A DNA stretch of 51,424 bases from Macrostomum lignano (GCA_002269645.1 NIVC01002908.1:1-51424), one strand, 5' to 3'. Positions 12,106 through 25,345 are shown, counted from the first letter of the stretch. Notes: generated from the sequence alone by a model not told the origin. A program made the numbers and translations.

Positions 12106-13712
12106 GACAGACGTGGGATTGGATCTGTTTGTGTTTACTTGTAAAGGACGACTGAGTGATTTTCAAGATCAATTCTCATGCTCAGGGTAAACGTCCTAGA
12201 GAGTTCACCCTCCTCACCTCCCGAGAATTTACATTGCAATCAGGGTGATTGATTGGAAATGGCTGAAACTTTCTGGAAGGAAATTCCGAATTGACTGAAG
12301 ACGGCTTTAGTAAACAGTTTCACTAAAAAAAGCGAGCACGAAGTCAAATCCGTTTGCTTTTCGCTCTATTTGATTTAAAGTGCATGGCCTACCTACAGTA
12401 AGCAGTTGCTTTTATTCGACCAGCAGGTTATGCGACTGCTGTTGTAAATCACAGCGTCCCATCATCCTCCATCTCACTGTTCTTATCGGCTTCTATAATC
12501 AATATTTTACTTATATCCAGCTCTTAACTGACAGTCATAGTTCTCTCAATATTTATACGGTAAGTGCGTATTACTAAAATACTAAAATGCGGCATCCACA
12601 AAGTGAATGAATGTAAATCAAAATTGCAGCTCTTTTGCACTTGATACTACAAAAAGGCAGAAATTATCTTTCTATTGCTTCTGAAGTGGTTCTGCTTTGC
12701 CCCTGCTATGCATGCGTGAGCAGCAGCAGGCTGCTTGTCGCACACGGTATGTCCTTTAGCGAGCGTCGCTGAAGGCGCTCTGAAGGATTGCTGACAATTT
12801 CTAAGAAAAAATCCAGTGCCTCATCTGGAAGAAGGAATAGAACGGATTGCTAATCTACACCAGATGGACGTTTGAATCATTTTAAGCTTGAAGAACAGTC
12901 ATTGCTTGATAGTCAAGAGGTAAATTTTTAAAAAGAAGTAATTTATTAAGAAATTATATAGTATCCATTCTATTCATCTTTGTTCATACACTCGTAAACA
13001 AAATAATTGTGCAAACTTTCGCGAGATTCTTGAATCTGAAGTTTCCTCCCATCGTGTTTATTTTCTATCCCCCCATTTCTGTCATCTGTGAGCCACTCGT
13101 ACTGTATCAAGGAACTGTCATATTGAACGCGAGGTCCAGTATAATAGAGCAGTATGGTGATCTGGCCCGTTGGCAGTAGCTCTAGCCTACTCTCAGAAAA
13201 TGAAGCAAAGAATTCAATACATTCGTAAGCATTGTTCTTTTTCTCTGTATTTTTCCCTTCTACGCAAATATTATGCTTTGTAATCAATATTGAAAAATAG
13301 GGATTAACTTGCGAATTAGCGGGCGGTAGCCCTTTCTATAAAGGCATTAACTATGGCCCTCTGTGTTCCGCTTTGTGCTTTTTGTCCTGCCGCACACGCT
13401 ATCTCAATAATATGCGTTCATTTTCCTAACATTCTTTCTTGTGTGTTCTAACGATAGAAATTCGGGAAGCCCCAAACAGCCGCTGCGAATCGCGCAGGTA
13501 TTTTTTAAGCTTCGGGTAGCCCACTGTTAATATTCACCCACCTAAACAAAGGGATTTAAATAATAATTAATCAACGATATTAAATAAATTGCTTCTGCAA
13601 TACAGTTCTCTTCTTTGCACTTTTATTTTACTTCAAAGTTTCTACCGTTTTAAAGTTTCTTTTATAATAGCAAAGCAGGTCCGAAAGAATTTAGAAATCC
13701 AGGGTTAGGATA

Positions 13713-14947
13713 ATGCCATCTCCATGCATGATGGGGACAGGATCAGAAGCCGCGGTGCCATCTCCATGCATGATGGGGACAGGATCAGAAGCCGCGGTGC
13801 CATCTCCATGCATGATGGGGACAGGATCAGAAGCTGTGGTGCCATCTCCATGCATGATGGGGACAGGATCAGAAGCCGCGGTGCCATCTCCATGCATGAT
13901 GGGGACAGGATCAGAAGCCGCGGTGCTATCTCCATGCATGATGGGGACAGGATCAGAAGCCGCGGTGCTATCTCCATGCATGATGGGGACAGGATCAGAA
14001 GCTGTGGTGCCATCTCCATGCATGATGGGGACAGGATCAGAAGCCGCGGTGCCATCTCCATGCATGATGGGGACAGGATCAGAAGCCGCGGTGCCATCTC
14101 CATGCATGATGGGGACAGGATCAGAAGCCGCGGTGCTATCTCCATGCATGATGGGGACAGGATCAGAAGCCGCGGTGCCATCTCCATGCATGATGGGGAC
14201 AGGATCAGAAGCTGTGGTGCCATCTCCATGCATGATGGGGACAGGATCAGAAGCTGTGGTGCCATCTCCATGCATGATGGGGACAGGATCAGAAGCTGTG
14301 GTGCCATCTCCATGCATGATGGGGACAGGATCAGAAGCCGCGGTGCCATCTCCATGCATGATGGGGACAGGATCAGAAGCCGCGGTGCTATCTCCATGCA
14401 TGATGGGGACAGGATCAGAAGCCGCGGTGCTATCTCCATGCATGATGGGGACAGGATCAGAAGCCGCGGTGCCATCTCCATGCATGATGGGGACAGGATC
14501 AGAAGCCGCGGTGCCATCTCCATGCATGATGGGGACAGGATCAGAAGCCGCGGTGCCATCTCCATGCATGATGGGGACAGGATCAGAAGCCGCGGTGCCA
14601 TCTCCATGCATGATGGGGACAGGATCAGAAGCCGCGGTGCCATCTCCATGCATGATGGGGACAGGATCAGAAGCCGCGGTGCTATCTCCATGCATGATGG
14701 GGACAGGATCAGAAGCCGCGGTGCCATCTCCATGCATGATGGGGACAGGATCAGAAGCCGCGGTGCCATCTCCATGCATGATGGGGACAGGATCAGAAGC
14801 CGCGGTGCCATCTCCATGCATGATGGGGACAGGATCAGAAGCCGCGGTGCCATCTCCATGCATGATGGGGACAGGATCAGAAGCCGCGGTGCCATCTCCA
14901 TGCATGATGGGGACAGGATCAGAAGCCGCGGTGCCATCTCCATGCAT
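13713..14947. repeat. 42-bp minisatellite, about 29 copies (GCCATCTCCATGCATGATGGGGACAGGATCAGAAGCCGCGGT)n
   Basis: Highly homogeneous tandem array with two recurring variants. Confidence 0.96.
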
Positions 14948-16889
14948 GCCGGGACTGCTGCGGGGGAGCCGTAGCCGTTAAATTTTTGCCCACAAGAGTC
15001 AATCCTTTAAGATTAGTGTGTATGTACATGTACATCCCATAGCGATGAAGAACTTCAGGGCCGATGTGCACCCTGCATGAGCGTTTGCCTGCGTACGTAT
15101 CAAAGTTGCTTACCTCTCCGCTGTCTGCGAAGGGATTGCTTGCAGTTGTTTCGGTGACAAGAAAAGACCCTTTTAGTGACAGCCGTTGTGTGTGCAGAAA
15201 ATTATCTTGCCAATCTTAAGTGATGAAAACTAAAATTTCAGAGTCTGCTAAAACGGTAAAGCATTGTTTCATTTAATTTTGTTTATGTATACTATTTTAG
15301 GGTTGCGATATTTGTATCTGTACGTTTTCTGCAACTCGCGAATATTTCTCCGTCCTTTTCTCGGTGGGAATTTCATGATGAGTATCATTTATGTTTATGT
15401 GTCTGAATATTCTGGGATGAATTAAAATGATCTGTAGAAAAATAAAACAAAATATCAGTTTGAATTTGTTGTCCTGTGTTTTGAATTTCCTCTGTCTTGA
15501 TTTGCCATCTCTCGACTTGGGTTGTTGACATCTTAGAATTGCAACAAAAAACAAAATGTAGTTCGGCAGGCTTACTTTGTTACTCAGCACACGCTTAAAC
15601 AAGGTTCGTTTTCCCCTAGAAATTACAGCGTCGATTCGACAAAAATCCCCAAGGGGATCACCTGCCGGCATTGATGCAGCTACTCGATCTCCGCTTGATT
15701 CTCTAAGCGAATAATCGCATGTACCAGCCAGTAGCTACAGACGGGAGCGGCAGCAACGGAGCAGCAAGAAAACGAGCGGAATTTGATAATCGCAGTCCCC
15801 CAGGGACGGCTGGCTTCGCGGCCAGAGAGGCTGTGGTGTGTGAGATACTCCACTACTCCACTATGGCGAGTGCCTAATGGGCTCAAAACAGCATGACCAA
15901 CGCGGCAATGCGTGGCCGTCAGCTCGCTTTTTATTTATTAGTTAGCGGAGTACCGCGAGATCCGGGACAGGCTGAGAGTCTGGAAGTCGATGGCGTAATA
16001 GTACATTTGTCTATTCAATCCCGTTGGTATTACATGTAGCGCATGGAACGGGTGAGTCGCTAGTTTCGATGCAAAGTAAATAATCGACGAATAGCAGCTG
16101 CCTAGGGCTGATTTCCTTGACATTAGATGGTCACAGAAGCTACGAGTAAAGCTAAGGTCACCACTCACGCGTAGTCCTAGCCAAAAAATATGTTTGTATT
16201 ATTCACTGTAAAAATTAAAGCCATCAATTTAGCCAAGGGTCCGCAAACTCCGGCCTGTGGGCCACACGCGACCCGCGAAGCCTCTCTATCCGGCCCTCGG
16301 GTCCTTTGAAACTTCACAATGGCAATCCGGCCCACTTACGAGTATATCCGCCCATTTACATGTACTGCACTATAGCTTTTACTGTCAAAGTGCGACATTT
16401 CATATGTAAGACGTCTACAAAAAACACACAGCTGTTCATAAATAGCCACTGTCTGACGGGCGCGGTGCGTACGAATTCATGAACAAAATCATGTGTTGTT
16501 GTTGTCCAATTGTTTTGCATGCCCACGTATACAACTAAGCAATTGGGGACATCAGTTCTGTGTGCTGCTTCATAAAGTCTTTTGATCTAAAAAAGTACAT
16601 TTAACTAGTCAGCCTACAGCAAAACCTCTATTAAATTCTGCGCTGAAATGCATTGACAATAAAATAAATATCTGTTTAAGAAGACAGTTTCGTTCCCAAT
16701 GCTGCCATAGACATATTGCAGCATTAACGCCAGGGTTGTTTACACAGACAAAACTGACTGTGCAGACCGGTTCGATGGGCTGAGTCTCGAGCGCAGCAGT
16801 TTAAGTGAGAGCTGCAGCAGCATTTGAGCTAATTTCCGAATCTGATAGATACGAGGGTACCACGGTATCACTGGCACCACCCGCAAGCA

Positions 16890-17207
16890 ATGGGCTCGTA
16901 TTTCGCACTTCTGGCAGTCGTCCTGATGAGCGCCGCTGCCCTGCTAACCAAAGCCGACGCCATCAGTACTGGCAAGATGCTCTTCGACCTAGCCAATAAC
17001 GGCCAAAGCCAGGACCATCGCCACCACGACGACCATCATCACGACCATGACGGCCATCACCATGACGACCATCACCTGCACCACCATGACGGCCATCACC
17101 GCCATGACGACCATCATCACCATCATGACGACCATCACCACCATCATGACGACCATCACCACCATCATGACGACGATCACCACCATCATGACGACCATCA
17201 CCACTAA
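16890..17207 (+). CDS. Small secreted His/Asp-rich protein (105 aa)
   Basis: Hydrophobic signal peptide MGSYFALLAVVLMSAAALLTKADA with A-x-A cleavage site, short unique linker, then HHDDHHH repeats mixing CAC and CAT codons up to the stop. Confidence 0.62.
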   Translation: MGSYFALLAVVLMSAAALLTKADAISTGKMLFDLANNGQSQDHRHHDDHHHDHDGHHHDDHHLHHHDGHHRHDDHHHHHDDHHHHHDDHHHHHDDDHHHHDDHHH

Positions 17208-17829
17208 CATCATGGTTACTGAATTCTGAAAGCCAGAAACTGAAACGTGAAAGACATATGCATGTTGAAAAGTTATTCCGCTTCCTCAAATCCACTAGTT
17301 ATTCCTATAATCTCAACACAACAGAAAACTCTATATTGATCGCACCTTCATCTAAGCATCTTCTCGCCTTTTACTTCAATCCTAGTGTCTGCTGTTGCAT
17401 GAATACATCTGTTGTAAACTGCTAATCAGTCCTGAATGTAAAAGCTAACCACTTACTTGCTTTGATTCTGCTATCGATGCACTTGAACTAAATAATAAAT
17501 TGAAGTAAATTGAGAAAATTGAACCAGAGATCAGTAACTTAAATCAGAAAAAATGCTGTGTCAGTTCTTGTGTTTAAATAATTATTAAATTGCCATAGTC
17601 GCGAGGCCCTGAATACTGTTGATGGAGCTGGGGATAGTGGCAAGGATTAGTTAGTTGACAGAAGTAAAGACCATTGACAGAAGCCTAAAACCAGTTGGAG
17701 TCGCCGATGTCACAACAGGTGACTTGGACGCTGATACAGTGCCATGTTGGAATTCGTTTGTCGCCGATCTTGAAGTCGACGAGTTGTAGACCAGCTTGAT
17801 TTGGCTATTCGAGCGAGTTTACTGTCAAG

Positions 17830-18298
17830 CAGAACGGTCTCGATGGGCCGTCCGGTGTTGACACGCAGTTTCATGTCACAGCAGTACATCGCCATGATGG
17901 CGGAAACCAGCTGATTTGGTACCACCATTGGGAGCGTGAGCCTACATTTTTATCCACCGACGAATACATAATCTACGAATCTGTAAATCTGTATGCCTGC
18001 GAATTCCCAAGATAACAATCAGGAGCTGCTAGAGCATCCGCGCCTCTTCAATGCCTCAGCGAAAAGCCAGAATTTGCGCCACTACTCCACGACCGAAGAC
18101 AGATGCCCTGATACTCCTCAAGGTTATGGTGCGCGGCTTCTGAGGAATTAGCTGCGATGTATTCCGTGGTGCATTCGTTGGGCGCCTCCTCGCCGATGAG
18201 CACGCAGCCGGTTCACTACTCTCTGGCGACCTCACTGGCCACACAGCGGATGCGCAATACCTCGATGGGCACCTCGTCCGGACCCAGAGCTTTCCCAC
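17830..18298 (-). mobile_element. Decayed RTE-clade non-LTR retrotransposon RT fragment
   Basis: Minus strand, with frameshifts and stops: GKALGPDEVPIEVL, LIPQK, EEYQGICL, QILAFR*GIEEAR, VPNQLVSAIMAMY, TPDGPSRPF; order matches the non-LTR RT motifs KAPGPD...NYRGISL...QILALRRIIEE...LVxAIMxMY...TPDG. Confidence 0.8.
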
Positions 18299-18321
18299 CC
18301 GGCGACAATTGTAATTAAGGT

Positions 18322-18800
18322 TTGTCTCTTCTCATCTCTCTTTCTTTCAGCTCTCTCTTATCACCTCCTCTCCACTCCTCTCCTCTCCTCTCCTCTCCTC
18401 TCCTCTTCCTCTCCTCTCCTCTCCTCTCTCATCTCCTCTCCTCTCCACTCCTCTCCTCTCCTCTCCTCTTCCTCTCCTCTCCTCTCCTCTCCTCTACTCG
18501 CCTCTCATCTTCTTTCCTCTCCTCTCCTCTCCTCTCCTCTCCTCTCCTCTCCTCTCCTCTCCTCTCCTCTCCTCTCCTCTCCTCTCCTCTCCTCTCCTCT
18601 CCTCTCCTCTCCTCTCCTCTATTCTCCTCTCCTCTCCTCTCCTCTATTCTCCTCTCCTCTCCTCTCCTCTCCTCTCCTCTCCTCTCTTCTCTTCTCCTCT
18701 CCTCTCCTCTCTTCTCCTCTCCTCTCCTCTCCTCTCTTCTCCTCTCCTCCCTTCTCCTTCTCCGCTCTCTCCTTTCTCTTATTTCTCTTCTCTATTCCTT
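18322..18800. repeat. (CTCCT)n pyrimidine microsatellite
   Basis: Near-pure C/T 5-bp repeat. Confidence 0.95.
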
Positions 18801-21557
18801 CTCCTCCTCACTTCCTCTGGCCCGCAGTCATGCGCTAGGTTCTCTATTTGGCCCTTGATGTAAAAAAACTTTGCCAACCCCTGAATTGAGCCTTTCTAGG
18901 GAACGTACAAGTTCCACTAAAATGATTTTCAATGTGTTCTAGTCATTTACCTTCAATATACTTTGTCGTCTACGGGCCCCAAACAGCTTTGAAAAATGCA
19001 TAATCCGCGCCGAGTCATACTGCTCAAGATCGAGCTGCTTGCTCAGGCAGCAGGCCTCCCTACCAGACAGCACTCGGGTGTGCACTCGAGGCATTTCGTT
19101 GACTGCCTGCTGGCTGACTACGCGGAGCTGTCCGGATTCTGCTCAAGGACAACTAAAAGCAGGACGTTGCATTCGCAAATCGTAAAAATTTCGCTGGAGG
19201 CCTTCCCCGATTTTTGCTGCAAAATGCCCTGGCATGCGTTTCGTGCAAGGTTGATTATCAAGTTTCTGGAGATCAAATTTTGCGAAAGTATACCATTTCA
19301 ATAAAAGTGACATCAATTGTGCCTCGCCCATACACAAAACATTAACCTTGTGGCCAATCGTGCAGCAGAATCAGTTCAACCGTGATGCAAGCAACTTTGG
19401 CAAAAGTAACTTTAGTTTTAGTGATAAAAGACCTCGACAAATAGTACTCGAACTCGTGCTGAGCTATGGACCCCGCTGACTCACCTACAGGAAGCTTTTT
19501 TATGTTTTTTTATTTTTCTTTCCTCGTTCGTTTGATACTAGCGTTTGCCGTTCAGATGCCGTGTTGACAAAAGTGCCTCACAGGTGACACAGGCATATTT
19601 GCCGGATGGTTAATATTTTATGTATGAGTTTGCCACGATTGAAGTCACTTTTGCCAAAATCGAGATTGCAATGGTATATTATTGAAGAACTCCAACTTTC
19701 AAATATACAGTTGTGTTTTCAAAACGAATTTTGTGTAAGGATTTGCTAAACAGGGTTTTGCCGTCCTTCTGCTTTTGTTGTGAGTGATTTTGCTTTTAGA
19801 GCAGACATGCCCTTGAAATTAAAGTCGGCCCGTACTCATTGACCTTTCCCGTTTGAAGCAAAAATTATAGACGAAACAAGGAATGCCTTTTAGCAGTGTC
19901 ATTTTTCGGTTGAAGTGTAGTATATGTTTTGCAATATAGACGCGATGCAAAAATGAAATGCAACACGAGTTTCGACAAACTCAATGCTGAAATTGCTATA
20001 AGCCATGCGAGCTGGATGTACGGTGTACGGCCTAATTGCATTGCATGGAAGCATCAGACTAATTGAGCAGGTCTCAGTTTCTAATCAATTAGAACTAAGG
20101 CATCAATTAGACATGAGTAGCTATGTAAGTGTAAGAATGCCTGCTTTTAGGTCGTGACATCTAATACCCGATTTGCCATTGCCATTTTATAGCAACTCAA
20201 CACTTCTCTCCAAACTAAACTAATAAGAAATGGCAATCGGATCCGGCCTTCACCGGCAAATTCCCTGCAAATTCAATCTGGATAAAAGCTATGGCTATCG
20301 ATGTCATCAGCAAACGGCGCACTTGAGTCACGAAACAGCGCTATAAGCTTCCACCCTCTGCTTATGCATGTGGTAGAAATTCATTTTCTCTTGTGTTTGG
20401 CTTGCCCAGACATAATCGGCATGCCCTAAGCCGCATTTGAAATATGGAATACATTATTTTCCTAATCTCTCGTGAGCAGCTTGATCTAGGAATAACAGGA
20501 AAAATTGCCCCGTTCCTTATTACTATTCTACCCTAATTCCCAAGTCAATAGCACCCAAAAAGGCCTGTCTGATTTCTACACAGTTAACCTTGCTCAAAAA
20601 GCTTGAAAATCTCGTTCACTTTAGATTTTCGAATTTCCCCTAGCCGAAGATTTAATCCTCAGCAGCTGAGATTGAATGAAATTTAGGACGGTCACAAACC
20701 ATTATTGTTAATTTTGCAGGTCTTCAGCTAACTTAGTTTCCTGCATGGTTCCATCCTTTTTGTAGAATAATACATGCACGGTTCAGCAAATAAACTAGCT
20801 AATCAAAGCAAGGAGTAACATTACGAGTAGGTCCTACGGTCAGTACGGGATTAAAACTGGTTAATAATGAAAAAAGCTTCACGATGGCCAAGTGTTCAAT
20901 ATGAGGCACTTTTTCTTGATGCCCGGCCTGGCCATGCGTGTTGACGCGTGAACAACTATTAAGTATAGCCGTATAGTCATGCTGACATGTACATGTGCGT
21001 GCTGAACAGAATGCATTCATATGGTTCAAGGACATTAGGTGGCTTAATTACATGCATATATGTACAATTTTTACCGAAAGAACCATAAGCCTCTCTATAT
21101 ACGACGTAAAATTACAGAACTGCAATTCTTTGTGGGCTAAAAGTTGTTGTGTTTGGTACGCACTTATCGTTCAATAAAACTTGGCCACAGTCGCGTTTAA
21201 TATCCATCGATCAACGGAGAAAACAGCTCAACAGAGAATTTAGCCCCTGATTCTGCCATTGAGCCACACTAGCTGACGATCAGTGCTTATATTTTCAAAT
21301 AGTTGGAGGCAATTTAGTTTAGAGAGATCCAATTAAACATTCCTCATTAATTCTACTGACATTGGTGCCATGAATCCAGTTGATCATATGCTGACGACGT
21401 TTTACCTACAGCCACTACTGACAGTCGAGCGCTACACCAGCAAATCCTATATACTCGTACATACTAAAGCTCTAACCCCTTTTTTCAGTACGAATGACAG
21501 TGCCGAAAGATTGTATACACACGTACATATAGCTCGCGTCGTGTTTTCACCAGGGTA

Positions 21558-21780
21558 AACGGGTATCGGTAATTCACGGCCCGGCCCTGTCAACAAAAAA
21601 ACAAAAAATACTGACCAGAATGCCGCATATTTTTAGAGTCAATTATGAGTTTACTATGTTGTAAAATATTGATTGTCAATTTAACGAACTTCTGATGCTC
21701 TTTTTTAAATTAAGTTAAAAACTAAAGTAACAACGCCGCGGCCGTGGGCCGGGCCGGGCCGTGAATTATCGATACCCGTT
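21558..21780. mobile_element. MITE-like element with 30-bp TIRs
   Basis: AACGGGTATCGGTAATTCACGGCCCGGCCC (21558-21587) matches the reverse complement of 21751-21780 at 29/30; AT-rich core. Confidence 0.75.
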
Positions 21781-23964
21781 TTCACCATTGGCGAGACTCG
21801 TAGCAAGGACGACCTTGATGCAAACCTTATCAGTTCAAAATGAGTTGTACGATCTCTCTACTAATTTCATGCAGATTTTCTCAAATATTATTTGAACTGT
21901 TTCCCAGGCTGTCCACCATTAAGATGATTTTTGTTCGTAACTAAAACTTTGCGCGAATTCGGAATCGCCTGGTTTTTCCTAGAAATTGTGATTTCTACTA
22001 TTGTATTGTGATGTATTGTAATTTATAAATATCCAGGGGGGGCTTTTCACATTACCAATTCCAGAACCAGAATCGGTTTGGATCTTCCAAGAAAAAAAAC
22101 AATATAACTATTTAACTTTGTTGAATGTTTGACTGCCTTAACAGCCTCACTTTGCACATTTTTTTTCAATTTCTTCTTGGCTATTGATTGCCATTTAATA
22201 ATCGCAACTTTATACAATTATAGTACTTATATCCCTCTAGTTTAGTTTAGGAGACAAAAAGTTACACTTTACAAATTGGATCTGGTTCTAGAACTAAAAT
22301 AAGTAATATGAAAAGGCCTTATGATTATCACTTAAAGAAAGTATAAAATTAGATTAGATTAAAATTATTGGAGCCAAAAATTATTGTATCATTTTATTTT
22401 TCATGTTTTAAATAAATCAATTAGGGCTTATACTAATAGATGATTACTTTTTGGTATTTTCTAGGCCTAGGCCTATATGATATGTCAAAAATATCATGAC
22501 AATAATGCCAATGGATGGTTCTATGTTTTAGACCTAACATCTTGACTAATGTTATTCATGTAACTCATGCGCCATGCCTTGTTCAGTTTTGTCATTGCAC
22601 TCCATTGCTTTATGCCCAACCATTGATCTATGCATTAGTTATATGAAAAAATAGTTAAAATTTTTGACTTTGTAGTTAAAGTTGCATTAAATGAAATGAA
22701 ATCTATCATTGCCCATTGGCCATTGGCCCTATTTATTGCCATATTGGCTATAGTATTGCAGCGAGGTCTAAACTGTGCCAGTGCCCACTTTCCTACACCA
22801 GATACTTACCTTACTATGCTACATCATACATTAACACTAATGGTAATAACTAGAGTTCTAGTTAGGTTAAAGCTCAAGCATAGACCAAGATAGGCCCCTT
22901 AAGATGTAGAATAACTTACCACATGTAAAATGCACAATTTTAGAATTGAAAATGATGTAGAATAAAAATGGCACATGCTAAAGACAAGCAGTTTGCAGCA
23001 AAAGATGTAAAACACTTAGACCTATTGACTCAAAAATATTTCATTGCCATGAAAACCAATTTTGGTTGCTATGGCAATAAAAAACAATTTTGGTTGCTAT
23101 GACAATAATAATATACTCAATATAATTAGGCAATAGGCATATTTTCATTGGCATTAGGCTTAGACTTAATAAGATTAGGCCATACTATAGGTGTATCCTT
23201 ATCTTACCCTTATCTACTACTGTATCTTTTTTTTTCTTTAGGTTTACTGTATTCGTATTCCCTTTTTCAATTATTTAATTTTGTATAGGCCCCTTTCAAT
23301 TTAAATTTATCTTCTTATATTTAGTATTTATCACTGCATGCCATTTAGGACAATTTGCACTAGTAAGTAACCATGTGTAAATCTTTTTGTTTTTTTTGAA
23401 TAGTGTAGTTGTATTACAGTTTGTCAAAAAAAAATTAGGACCTTAAAGCTATGAATAGTTTAATTTTTTTAGAAAAAGCAAAAAAAACAATGGCTAAAGT
23501 CTTTTGAATATTTATCATTAGCAATTAACATGAGTTTATAGAATTTATAGAATAAAATAAAGATAAGAAGTCAAGTTATTAAAAAGGCACAAATTATACT
23601 AGTCCAGACCATTCAGTTTAATCTTTTTATTTTCCATTTTCAAGCAACAGTTTTTAATCCTTCTTTTAGTTTTTTTTTACTTTAGGTTTTTCTTGAAGTA
23701 ATATTTATTAATAATTCTTTTTGTTTCATTTTTAGGGTACACAGCTGCATTATAAAAAAGCTATAGATGGCTTGTAACTTCTAAATAAAGAAACAGTGGC
23801 TTGAGATACTTGGGATGAGCAAATTATTGAGATTTTAATAAATTATCGAAATTATTAGATTTTCTAGGTTATTCATATCAAAAAGCTTGCATGCATGGCA
23901 GCCATATCTTAATACACAGTAAGTCATATATTAGTTTAAGGTGAGGGTGCAGGGTGAGGGTAAA

Positions 23965-24210
23965 GTGGGGGTGTGGGGCGGCCAGCCCCCCACTAGTAGC
24001 CTTATTAATCCCAGGGGTTTGGTGTGGCAAGCCCCCTACTAGCCTTACTAATGCCTGGGATGTAAGGGTGGCAAGCCCCCAGTAGTCTTACTAATGCCAG
24101 GGGTGTGGGGTGGCAAGCCCCCCCCATTAGCCTTACTAATGCTAGGGGTATGGGGGTGGCAAGCCCCCACTAGCCTTACTAATGCCAAAAGTGTGGGGGC
24201 GGCAAACCTT
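23965..24210. repeat. About 45-bp GC-rich tandem repeat (GGGGTGTGGGGTGGCAAGCCCCC...CCTTACTAATGCC), 5-6 degenerate copies
   Basis: Recurring GGCAAGCCCCC and CTTACTAATGC motifs. Confidence 0.8.
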
Positions 24211-24349
24211 GAAGATGACAGCGCGCATTTTCATTCACTAGTAAATTTTTTATGAATTGGTATTATTTTTACCCTAGGGTGAGCTTCTACTACTCTATGC
24301 TTCACTATGTTAGCACTCTGATTTTTTGTAAGGCTTCAGCCTTGATTAC

Positions 24350-24610
24350 TAGTACTGGAACCTATTTTCTAATAGCTATGGATCTGGCAGTCTTCTGCAG
24401 GCAGTTATTTACTAATGAAGTCTTTAAACATTTGAAGTATCTTGTTTTGAATCTCATTATTTCATTTTGATCTTATTTTGAACAAAAGCTCAATATCAAC
24501 CACCTATTAAAAAGTAAAACATTTTTTCTATATTATACCCATAAATTGCACTATTGGAATACCATTGCCAGATCCATAGCCATTAAAAATGGGCTCTGGT
24601 GCCAGAACTC
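24350..24610. repeat. Imperfect inverted repeat (MITE-like remnant)
   Basis: GCTATGGATCTGGCA (24375-24389) is the exact reverse complement of 24566-24580; match extends imperfectly to about 40 bp. Confidence 0.6.
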
Positions 24611-25130
24611 TAGCCATTGCCAACACTAACCCCCGCTACTTATATGCACACCTATACCCAGTGTTGGGCACTGTTAATGAAAATCTTAACTTTTATTAAT
24701 GGCAAAAGCATTAGTGTCAAAACAAAAAATCTTAACTTATTAACTCTTAATTTTGTTAAGTTAACTGAAAGTTAACTGATAATTATTAATAAGCATTACT
24801 CCATTAAAGTTAACATAGAAAATACAGAAATCTGCACTTTCCCAAATAGACTTCATAATGCACTGTCTTTGCTTGTCCATCTTTTTAGTAAAACACAGAG
24901 GTTACCTAAGCAATTTACAAGCTAAAAAGTAATACATCATAATTTCAAAAATTTATATGTATAATACTACTAAAAGTAAGCATATGGTAAAAGAAGTAAC
25001 TTTTTTATTTGGAATTTGAAAGCTAATTAGTTAATAAATAAAATATGAAGGAAATGCAAAAGTGCAAAAGTTTGTAAGAAAAATATTACACGGCTTTTAT
25101 ACCAAATTGTTGGTTTTTGCATGAATAAGA

Positions 25131-25245
25131 ATGCCCAAACGAAGCTGCCCATTTGCTGACAATGCTAATCAGCTCAAAGTGCGCGTTTCCCAGAAGCTTG
25201 TGGACACGGGCGTGAATGCCGAGCAAAACATGAGTGCCGTTTATG
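25131..25245 (+). CDS. SIVA1: SIVA1-like apoptosis regulator, exon 1 of 2
   Basis: MPKRSCPFADNANQLKVRVSQKLVDTGVNAEQNMSAVY closely matches the SIVA N-terminus (MPKRSCPF..QLKVRVSQ); GTGAGT donor at 25246, phase 1; missed by the ORF track. Confidence 0.88.
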
Positions 25246-25345
25246 GTGAGTGCATTTTAGAGTTACGAATTTTGATTTCACGCTACTGACTGCCTACTAA
25301 CAGTAGCCAACACGACATTCTTCCGTTCCGTCCTTCTCTTTCAAG

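Larger units (their letters stand above)
16234..18883. mobile_element. Non-autonomous hAT (Charlie/MER30-like ends) element enclosing other sequences
   Basis: Left end CAAGGGTCCGCAAACTCCGGCC; right end reverse complement CAGGGGTTGGCAAAGT (12/16 match); GGCCC subterminal repeats at both ends; flanks AATTTAGC (16226-16233) and AATTGAGC (18884-18891), 7/8 identical. Confidence 0.6.

Noticed and set aside
12240-12920. Fragments resembling a decayed SWIM-finger or transposon protein
   Set aside because: Several stops and frameshifts, and the motif match is too weak to call without an HMM search
16963-17295. Minus-strand and alternative-frame ORFs over the His-rich tract
   Set aside because: Shadows of the CAY/GAC repeat; only the 16890 frame has a signal peptide
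18996-19304. ORF with HSGVHSRHFVDC, reminiscent of a THAP CSxHF motif
   Set aside because: The key Cys residues are absent; similarity is only suggestive
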